In this document: piece after piece, positions 57,318-64,000 of the stretch
How positions within the stretch are numbered: position 1 is the stretch's first letter
How the letters are laid out: the number at the start of each line of letters is the position of its first letter
Notes under the pieces: model-generated
What the model was told of the DNA's origin: nothing
What the model saw: only the letters and a program-made list of their open reading frames with translations
Database searches by the model: none
Made by a program: the position numbers and the translations under genes
Source: Desulfuromonadaceae bacterium
GTDB lineage: Bacteria > Desulfobacterota > Desulfuromonadia > Geobacterales > Pseudopelobacteraceae
Direction of reading: 5' to 3'
Assembly (NCBI GenBank): GCA_028712665.1
Contig: JAQTRC010000003.1
Location: 12,927 to 76,926, forward strand
Length of the DNA stretch: 64,000 nt

Positions 57318-58085
57318 TTGCCCTTAAATCAGGCAGCTTTTTCGACTCTGAAAGAGATAAACGTGAAGCCGTTTATTCAAGCCGTTCTCGATTTTCTATC
57401 CCCTCCGCTCTGTCACATCTGCCGCTCGTTTATTCAGGGTGCCGGTGAACTACATATCTGTACGGAGTGCCGTGACCGCTTGCCGCTGGTCAAACCTCCG
57501 CTCTGTAAGATCTGTGGAATCCCGTTTATTGGTGCGGGGGGGAACCATATCTGTGGACAATGTCAAACCGAGCCACCGCACTTTGACTCTGCGCTGGCGC
57601 ACCTCCTCTATGAAGAGTCGGCCCGTGACCTGATACACAGTTTCAAGTACAGTCACAAAACACACCTGCGGCGACCACTGGCCCTGCTGGCTCTGGAAGG
57701 TTTGACTGAATTCATATCCGACCGTACGCCGGATGTAATAATTCCGGTTCCTTTGCACCGATCCCGTCTGAGGAGCAGGGGCTTCAACCAGGCGGTTCTG
57801 CTGGGGGAACTCTTCTCATCGCGACTATCGGTACCGATGTTGATTGACGGACTCAGAAGGACCAGACAGACTGAACCGCAGATAGAACTTTCGGCGGATG
57901 ATCGCAGGATCAATGTAAAGGGTGCATTCGCAATTAACAGGCTTGGCGGTATATTGGAGAAACGGATTCTGTTACTGGATGATGTAATGACCACCGGCAG
58001 CACCGTCAATGAATGCGCCAAGGTTCTAAAAAAAGCCGGCGCCGATTCAGTAATTGTCGTTACTCTGGCCCGCACTGCAAAATAG
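57318..58085 (+). CDS. comF: ComF-family phosphoribosyltransferase-domain protein
   Basis: N-terminal double CxxC zinc motifs and a C-terminal PRTase motif LLLDDVMTTGST. The GTG at 57363 is the more likely start. Confidence 0.85.
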   Translation: MPLNQAAFSTLKEINVKPFIQAVLDFLSPPLCHICRSFIQGAGELHICTECRDRLPLVKPPLCKICGIPFIGAGGNHICGQCQTEPPHFDSALAHLLYEESARDLIHSFKYSHKTHLRRPLALLALEGLTEFISDRTPDVIIPVPLHRSRLRSRGFNQAVLLGELFSSRLSVPMLIDGLRRTRQTEPQIELSADDRRINVKGAFAINRLGGILEKRILLLDDVMTTGSTVNECAKVLKKAGADSVIVVTLARTAK

Positions 58086-58203
58086 ACCGCTTTCTCACAA
58101 CAGATTCATTGTTTAATGATCCATAACATGGTTTATCTTCTTGACAGTTTAAGTATGATTAAGTAAACGTCGTCAAGTATATATTCCGCACTGGAGGAAC
58201 GTT

Positions 58204-58680
58204 ATGCGCCTTTCAACAAAAAGCAGATATGGTCTGCGGGCTCTGTTTGACATCGCCTACAACTGCGGCAGCACCCCGACCCAAATACAGGACATTTCAC
58301 GTCGCCAGCAGATTTCACCCCGCTATCTGGAACAGATTTTCCAAAACCTGAAACGCGCCGGGATATTAAAGAGCAAGCGCGGACCTCAAGGTGGTTATGC
58401 CCTCGCCAGAGATCCGGGTGAGATTACCGTTCTTGAAATATTGAACGCTACAGAACAGGATGTACTGCTGGTAGAGTGCGCCGGCACTACCCCAAAGAAA
58501 CGAAAACGGAAGACGGAATGCCCTTTTGAGGGTCAATGCGTCACCCAGAGCGTTTGGGAAGAGGCCAGCACTCTTCTTAACACTCTCTTTAAAGGAATAA
58601 CTCTGCAGACCCTCTGCCAGAGAGGACACGATATGGGAATGAAAAAAGAGCAGGACCCACGCGTAATGTACTACATATAA
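58204..58680 (+). CDS. Rrf2-family transcriptional regulator
   Basis: MRLSTKSRYGLRALFDIA... with a wHTH and Cys residues (CAG...C..QC) that could bind an Fe-S cluster. Confidence 0.88.
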   Translation: MRLSTKSRYGLRALFDIAYNCGSTPTQIQDISRRQQISPRYLEQIFQNLKRAGILKSKRGPQGGYALARDPGEITVLEILNATEQDVLLVECAGTTPKKRKRKTECPFEGQCVTQSVWEEASTLLNTLFKGITLQTLCQRGHDMGMKKEQDPRVMYYI

Positions 58681-58711
58681 TAGAGATGATAACTTTTCAT
58701 CTGTTCGGATT

Positions 58712-58740
58712 ACGCCCCTTTCGGGGCGTTTTGTCGTTTG
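58712..58740 (+). terminator. rho-independent terminator after the Rrf2 gene
   Basis: ACGCCCC, TTTC, GGGGCGT, followed by TTTGTCGTTT. Confidence 0.85.
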
Positions 58741-58765
58741 GCGGGAACACGAGGAAATAATATAA

Positions 58766-59587
58766 ATGAACTCACAAGAACGAAAATATGAAAAACTTAA
58801 ACAAATCCTGAATGAGATGGGATCCGTACTGGTGGCCTATTCCGGTGGAGTGGATTCGACTCTGCTTTTAAAAGCGGCATTTGATGAACTTGCAGGAGAT
58901 GCCGCTGCAATAACTATCGATGCTCCGTTTCACAGCCGCCGGGAGATATCCGAGGCGCGCAAGATAGCAACTTTGATTGGCGTAGGGCACATTGTACATG
59001 ACGCCCGCCTTATCGATATGACCCCGCTGGAGCATAATCCCACGGATCGCTGCTATATCTGCAAGAAGATCGTATTTAAAATCTGCCGGGAACTCGCAGA
59101 ACAAAATGGCTTCTCCTTCCTGGTTGACGGCAGCAATGCCGACGACCTTCTCGACTACCGTCCAGGCCGGCGCGCCCTGATTGAACTCGGAGTAAGAAGC
59201 CCATTGCAGGAGGCGGGGTTGTCAAAAGCAGAGATAAGGGATTTGAGCCGAACCCTTGGATTGAATACATGGGACAAACCTGCCCTGGCCTGTCTGCTGA
59301 CCCGCTTTCCTCACGGCGTTCAAATCAATACCGCAAAGTTGGCGATGGTTGAAAAGGGAGAGGATTTTCTGAGAGAGATTGGTTTCGGGCAACTCCGGGT
59401 AAGATTTCATGGAGAGAGTGCGCTGATCGAACTTGAGCAAAACGAGATGCCGAGATTTATGGCGGAAGAAATCAGACTAAAAGTGGCGGCAAATTTTCAT
59501 TCATTCGGTTTTAAACGTATAGCGCTTGACCTTGAAGGTTACCGATGCGGCTCGATGAACCCTGAATCTGATAAAATAGACACTTAA
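58766..59587 (+). CDS. larE: PP-loop ATP pyrophosphatase, LarE-like sulfur transferase
   Basis: 273 aa with PP-loop AYSGGVDS and a conserved Cys in CYICK. Confidence 0.7.
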   Translation: MNSQERKYEKLKQILNEMGSVLVAYSGGVDSTLLLKAAFDELAGDAAAITIDAPFHSRREISEARKIATLIGVGHIVHDARLIDMTPLEHNPTDRCYICKKIVFKICRELAEQNGFSFLVDGSNADDLLDYRPGRRALIELGVRSPLQEAGLSKAEIRDLSRTLGLNTWDKPALACLLTRFPHGVQINTAKLAMVEKGEDFLREIGFGQLRVRFHGESALIELEQNEMPRFMAEEIRLKVAANFHSFGFKRIALDLEGYRCGSMNPESDKIDT

Positions 59588-59608
59588 TTCCAATTTCAAA
59601 TTGCGGAA

Positions 59609-60058
59609 TTACAGGTCCAGAATCATCGCGTTCTCGTCACAATCGGGAAACTTGACACATTTGATGCAATCCCCCCAGACCTTGTGGGGCAGTTCAGATT
59701 TGTCCACCAGCTGGAAACCGAATTTAGCAAAGAAATCAGGTTTATAGGTCAGGCAGAATAACCGCCCGAGTCCTATTTCGCGAGCCTCGGCTATGCAGGC
59801 CTGCACCAGCCGGCTACCGATTCCCTTTCGGCCGGCATCTTCGGATACAGCCACCGAACGAACTTCCGCCAGGTCATCCCAGACGATATGCAGAGCGGCC
59901 GTTCCGAGCAGCCTGTCACCTTCCACGGCAACGTAGAAATCGCGAAGAGATTCATACAACTCCGACAATGAACGGGAGAGCATATCCCCCCTGTTTGCAT
60001 AGTTAGTCAGCAGTTTTTGGATATCTTTCACATCTCCCATCTCTGCTTTTCGGATCAT
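59609..60058 (-). CDS. GNAT-family N-acetyltransferase (ArgA-like short form)
   Basis: 149 aa with acetyl-CoA motif RKGIGSRLV. Confidence 0.8.
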   Translation of the reverse strand: MIRKAEMGDVKDIQKLLTNYANRGDMLSRSLSELYESLRDFYVAVEGDRLLGTAALHIVWDDLAEVRSVAVSEDAGRKGIGSRLVQACIAEAREIGLGRLFCLTYKPDFFAKFGFQLVDKSELPHKVWGDCIKCVKFPDCDENAMILDL

Positions 60059-60072
60059 GATAATCTCCCTGT

Positions 60073-60558
60073 CTAAGGTATGCCGACCGTTACCATCAAG
60101 GGCTTCAGCACCCTGATCAGTTCTGACGGTTTCATGCCGACCAGATAACCCCGCTTGCCGCCGTTGATGTAGATATATTCCAGGCTGGCGATGCTTTCTT
60201 CAATATAGACCGGCATCCGGCGACGCGTACCGAAGGGAGAGGTTCCCCCGACCAGATAACCGGTATGCTTTTGTGCAGTATCAGGCGAGCAGGGTGAAAC
60301 CTGCTTTACACAAATGATGCGGGCAAGCTCCTTCGTCGATACCTGCCTGTCGCCATGCATCAGAATGATCAGCGGCTGCCTGGCATCATCCTCCATCACG
60401 AGGGTCTTGATAACGGAATGTTCGTCGAGCCCCAGCTCACGGGAGGAAACCGACGTTCCCCCTTTTTCTTCGTAGGCGTAGAGATGATCCGTGAAATCAA
60501 CTTTTTCGGACCGTAACTGTCGCACAGCAGCGGTGATTGGTGGTTTTTCTTTTGCCAT
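60073..60558 (-). CDS. ybaK: Cys-tRNA(Pro)/Cys-tRNA(Cys) deacylase YbaK
   Basis: 161 aa of the YbaK/EbsC family (KTLVM...GGTSPFG). Confidence 0.85.
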   Translation of the reverse strand: MAKEKPPITAAVRQLRSEKVDFTDHLYAYEEKGGTSVSSRELGLDEHSVIKTLVMEDDARQPLIILMHGDRQVSTKELARIICVKQVSPCSPDTAQKHTGYLVGGTSPFGTRRRMPVYIEESIASLEYIYINGGKRGYLVGMKPSELIRVLKPLMVTVGIP

Positions 60559-60559
60559 A

Positions 60560-61603
60560 TCAACAAATTCTGGGGAGTTGTTCTCCCGTCAGCATCTCGA
60601 CCGACCGCATCCCGCCAATGCTGGTTTCCATTCTTACCCTTCCTGCCGGAGCGGCCTCAACTGAACCTATAATGGCGGCATTGGCGCCTAGCGGGTGACT
60701 TCTGATTGTCGCCAAAGCTGCTTCGGCAGCGTCTGCGGCCACAAAGGCCAGCAGCTTCCCCTCGTTTGCTACAAAAAGAGGGTCGAGCCCGAGGATCGAA
60801 CAGACACCGCGCACAGCCGTTTTGATCGGCAACGCCTCCTCGCGCAGGGTAATCGAAACCTCCGACTGTTGAGCTATCTCTTTTATTGTAGTAGCCACGC
60901 CCCCCCTGGTCGGATCGCGCAGGACATGCAGAGCATTGCCGCAAGCGCCGATTATTTGCGACACCAGGCCGTTCAACGCGGCAGAATCACTGATAACATC
61001 CGTGCCGACATCAAGACCTTCGCGAGCGGCCATGACGGCTATACCGTGGTCGCCAACAGTCCCGTTGATGATTACGGCATCTCCCGGGCGGGCATTGGCG
61101 CCGTGGATCGTAAAGTCATGCTCTATAACACCGATACCGGAAGTGGTTATGAATATCTTGTCGGCCTTGCCGCGCGGAACGACCTTCGTATCGCCGGTGA
61201 CTATTTTCAGACCGGCCGCGTCTGCGGCCCCTCTCATATCCTCGAGAATTCTCTTCAGATCCGTTTTGCCGAAGCCTTCCTCTATTATGAGACCTACACT
61301 GAGCCAAAGCGGTCTGGCTCCCATCATTGCAAGGTCGTTCACCGTACCGTGTACCGCCAGACTTCCGATGGTGCCCCCCGGAAAAAAGATCGGGTCGACT
61401 ACAAAAGAATCGGTGGTAAATGTCAGTCGTCCGGCAACAGGCTCCAAAATTGCCGCGTCGTTCTGTGCGGATTGTACCGCTCCACTGACAATCGGGATTA
61501 TCAGTTCATTCAGGAGTTGGTGTGAAAGCCTGCCTCCACTACCGTGACCAAGGAGAATCAGGTCTTTATTCACGCTCATTTTTGTCTCCGATATTACTGT
61601 CAA
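60560..61603 (-). CDS. hypE: hydrogenase maturation protein HypE
   Basis: 347 aa with a PurM-like fold, N-terminal GHGSGG and the diagnostic C-terminal PRIC. Confidence 0.95.
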   Translation of the reverse strand: MTVISETKMSVNKDLILLGHGSGGRLSHQLLNELIIPIVSGAVQSAQNDAAILEPVAGRLTFTTDSFVVDPIFFPGGTIGSLAVHGTVNDLAMMGARPLWLSVGLIIEEGFGKTDLKRILEDMRGAADAAGLKIVTGDTKVVPRGKADKIFITTSGIGVIEHDFTIHGANARPGDAVIINGTVGDHGIAVMAAREGLDVGTDVISDSAALNGLVSQIIGACGNALHVLRDPTRGGVATTIKEIAQQSEVSITLREEALPIKTAVRGVCSILGLDPLFVANEGKLLAFVAADAAEAALATIRSHPLGANAAIIGSVEAAPAGRVRMETSIGGMRSVEMLTGEQLPRIC

Positions 61604-62631
61604 CCGGCCAGGAGTTCGTTGACTTTAGCCATTACCTGAAACGCATCCGCTACATACAGCACATCAGCCTTACCTTGAGCCCATCCGCAGCTCGCATCGG
61701 TATTGATCGCCCGGCGTTCGTTGATGAAACGCCATCCGACAGCATGCGGCTCTTCGCCGTGGCAGCAGGTAGCCAGACCCTTGGGGTGACGCGGCGTGGA
61801 ACCGGTCTGGCCGACCTGGTTCAGGTGACTCATGAAGGGGAGGACCGGCACCCCTTCCACCGACTGGTCAACCAGTGATTTACTACTGCCGAGTGATGAA
61901 TTGCAGTTTGCCAGAAAACCAAGTATCCGCTCTCCGGCTTCATTTAGATGCAGCTCTCCGTCGGCCTGTTTTTTTGTCCAGCCTGCACCCGCGACAAAAA
62001 GTACATCGGCATTTGGACGAATAGTCCGGGCATTGGTTGAAGGCGCCTGAATACCAATGACCTTTGTGCGAAGAAGGTTCTCACCGAGCTCAACCGCCAG
62101 GTTTTCCAGAGTGGTTGTGCCAGGTTCTCCCTGCCAGGCTGGGAAGACCCCGCCATCTAACAGTAAAAACCAGGGGCGCTGCATACGGGTGAGGGTTGCC
62201 ATCATTCGCTGCCGGTAGTACCAGCGCTGGATGGAAAGCTTCCCGTCGGCAGCGTCCATACCGGTGACATGGGTTTCTATGCGTCCCTTCAGTCGCTGGA
62301 CAACGCCCGGAAGCGAGCGGGAAAACCGTAATGTAGCAGGCGCAATGACAATAGTGGCCTCGGCGCTCCTCGCAATGGCCTCGACCGCCGCAGCGTCGGA
62401 TGCGTAGCGGGAAACCTCAAATTCCGCCCCTGCAACGGAGAGAAAGCGGGTTGCCCCGCACGTCGCGACACTCTCTGCCGCGGGTTTGACATTCTGGCCG
62501 ATGAGACCGACCGAGAGGGTCGCACCATCAAGTTGCTGAACAAGGCGGACGGCTGCGCCCAGGGCCTCGAGAGCCACGCTAGGCAGATTACCGTCAGGTT
62601 GCGTATGGGCGATGCACAGTATCTTTTCCAT
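61600..62631 (-). CDS. etfA: electron transfer flavoprotein alpha subunit (FixB-like)
   Basis: 343 aa. C-terminal FAD-binding region (VGQTGSTP...INTDA...ADVLYVAD). Its stop overlaps the hypE start by 4 nt. Confidence 0.8.
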   Translation of the reverse strand: MEKILCIAHTQPDGNLPSVALEALGAAVRLVQQLDGATLSVGLIGQNVKPAAESVATCGATRFLSVAGAEFEVSRYASDAAAVEAIARSAEATIVIAPATLRFSRSLPGVVQRLKGRIETHVTGMDAADGKLSIQRWYYRQRMMATLTRMQRPWFLLLDGGVFPAWQGEPGTTTLENLAVELGENLLRTKVIGIQAPSTNARTIRPNADVLFVAGAGWTKKQADGELHLNEAGERILGFLANCNSSLGSSKSLVDQSVEGVPVLPFMSHLNQVGQTGSTPRHPKGLATCCHGEEPHAVGWRFINERRAINTDASCGWAQGKADVLYVADAFQVMAKVNELLAG

Positions 62632-62657
62632 CAGATTCCTCCATCAAAATATTAATA

Positions 62658-63467
62658 CTATCCCTTGATCCAATCTACAATTTCACGGGCTATTTCGTCG
62701 GGAGGCATATCCCTTACTATCCTGGTTTCCCGCCGTTGCTTCGGAAGTTCTACGGAGAGGAAGGATACTCCCTCCGCCCCTACCTTTGCCGGCAAGGCTT
62801 TCTGCAGGGCCGGCATGACAGTGCGCATGTTCGCCATCCCGATTTGCGGATTATTGGGGGGCTCCGGAAGGTTTCCGGTTGCCCAGGCGAGCAGAGCCGG
62901 AGCGGCGGCGCAGACCGACACCTGATACTGTCCCCCTTCGCTCCGTTCGAGGATCTTCAGAGTTCCGTCCGGCTGAACCACGAGTTCGTCAACACCGAGG
63001 AACTGATCCGTTATTCCGAGCTGCTCTCCGACCATCTGCATTGTTACGCCGGCATCCCTCGAAGCAGAGGCGCAGCCGCCGAATAGCAATAGACGTGAAC
63101 GGTCAAGACCTTGAATGGTTTCAATCCCTCCTGCCAGAACGGAAGCAACTTCACAGGGATCGGTGAATCCCCCTGCCGGCCCGTCAAGCACCACCAGTTC
63201 GAAAGAGACCTTCTGGGCGATCGACATCATCAATTGCTGCAGTTTCTGTTTAGGGCCGAGACTGACCAGCCAAACCTTGCTGCCCGGCATGTTTTTAGCC
63301 AGGTGTGCCGCCTCGTACAGCGCATGGCCGGCCCAGGGATCGAGAACCGCCGGCAGCATCATTTCGTTTTTCAGTGACGGACCTGTCGGCCCCTCAACCG
63401 GGGCCAGGGTTTGCAGCGGGTCGGGGACGATGCTCCCGCAGACAACAATGTGATATCCTCCGTCCAT
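62658..63467 (-). CDS. etfB: electron transfer flavoprotein beta subunit (FixA-like)
   Basis: 269 aa with an ETF beta-type fold pattern (IVVCGSIVPD...LLLFGG). Confidence 0.75.
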   Translation of the reverse strand: MDGGYHIVVCGSIVPDPLQTLAPVEGPTGPSLKNEMMLPAVLDPWAGHALYEAAHLAKNMPGSKVWLVSLGPKQKLQQLMMSIAQKVSFELVVLDGPAGGFTDPCEVASVLAGGIETIQGLDRSRLLLFGGCASASRDAGVTMQMVGEQLGITDQFLGVDELVVQPDGTLKILERSEGGQYQVSVCAAAPALLAWATGNLPEPPNNPQIGMANMRTVMPALQKALPAKVGAEGVSFLSVELPKQRRETRIVRDMPPDEIAREIVDWIKG

Positions 63468-63500
63468 TCCGTTATCTCCTTGTAATGTAAATCAGGTATT

Positions 63501-63586
63501 GAGGCTGAAGGCTGAAGGTTGTTAGGAAAAACAAAAATATGTAAATATTATACAGGTTTTTACCTTCAGCCTTCACTCTTCAGCCT
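63501..63586. repeat. heptamer-repeat hairpin (GGCTGAA x2 versus TTCAGCC-type arm)
   Basis: GAGGCTGAAGGCTGAAGGTTG, about 40-nt AT-rich loop, ACCTTCAGCCTTCACTCTTCAGCC. It lies between the ETF-QO and etfB genes. Confidence 0.85.
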
Positions 63587-63610
63587 GTTCATTTGTATTT
63601 TCATAATTCG

Positions 63611-64000
63611 TCAGTTTTCGGCGGAGTGCAGTCCTCCCGCACCCGCCCGAAAATCGATATTGCAGCGTTCACCGTCCGCTTCGAGCGGTTTGGTGCAGTT
63701 CCAGATGCAGGCGCCGCAATGCACGCACTTTTCCCGGTCGAACTGCGGCGCTCCCCCTCCCTCTCTGTACGTAAGGGCTTGGCCGGAACAGATCTCCACG
63801 CATAGTTGCGGGCAACAGCTATCACACAGTTTCGGGTCAATAACCACTACGTGATCGGCATAGCCGGGAGCAGCCTGAACCTTTCCCCCCATCAGCAGGG
63901 CATCCTGCTGGGAGATGAGGAGTTTGCCGTCAAGAGGGATTTGAGGCCAGCCGAGCTGGTCCATTACGGTGTCAGAGAGGGAAGTCCCCTTGGTAACGGC
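63611..64000 (-). CDS. ETF:quinone oxidoreductase (FixC/FixX-like), C-terminal part; 5' end outside the window
   Basis: The frame is open to the window edge. C-terminal ferredoxin-like Cys motifs CDSCCPQLCVEIC and CVHCGACIWNC. Confidence 0.75.
   Translation of the reverse strand, partial: AVTKGTSLSDTVMDQLGWPQIPLDGKLLISQQDALLMGGKVQAAPGYADHVVVIDPKLCDSCCPQLCVEICSGQALTYREGGGAPQFDREKCVHCGACIWNCTKPLEADGERCNIDFRAGAGGLHSAEN

Overview
This window looks like a chromosomal segment from a Geobacter-like deltaproteobacterium (Desulfuromonadales). That placement rests on gene content and repeat style only, because no database search was possible. All family calls come from motifs I recognise by eye in the translated ORFs.

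Most of the window is housekeeping:
- tkt (partial), thiL and an hsp20-lon pair.
- An alternative polyamine pathway (speA, carboxy(nor)spermidine dehydrogenase, nspC), then priA.
- [NiFe]-hydrogenase maturation genes hypBFCD, with hypE about 38 kb away behind ETF genes.
- ppk2, proC, and hopanoid side-chain genes hpnJ and hpnK.
- An amino-acid ABC transporter.
- A cobalamin lower-ligand operon (cobU, cobT, a ThiC paralog called bzaF, cobS, cobC) behind a clear cobalamin riboswitch.
- groES and groEL behind a perfect CIRCE operator.
- hemH, a cyclophilin, comF, an Rrf2 regulator, larE, ybaK and etfAB with ETF-QO.

The most interesting region is 44.7-54.6 kb. It holds two paralogous pairs, each a TonB-dependent receptor plus an orphan PF04392/COG2984-type periplasmic binding protein. 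One pair is followed by a hybrid histidine kinase. The two pairs bracket a radical SAM/SPASM peptide maturase. They also bracket a 34-codon Cys-Cys peptide gene with a strong ribosome-binding site (49540..49644), which is too short for the ORF track. A BrnT/BrnA toxin-antitoxin pair sits between the peptide gene and the maturase.

I read this as a RiPP-type peptide system with its own outer-membrane, periplasmic and kinase components. It may correspond to the poorly characterised Geobacter 'geopeptide' family, or be a new variant of it.

Other notable points:
- Palindromic and heptamer-repeat elements are inserted in frame into hypF (twice) and into an ABC exporter.
- A family of heptamer-repeat hairpin arrays occurs between genes.
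- A protoglobin-PsiE fusion gene is translationally coupled to hypD.
- hypE sits in an ETF operon.
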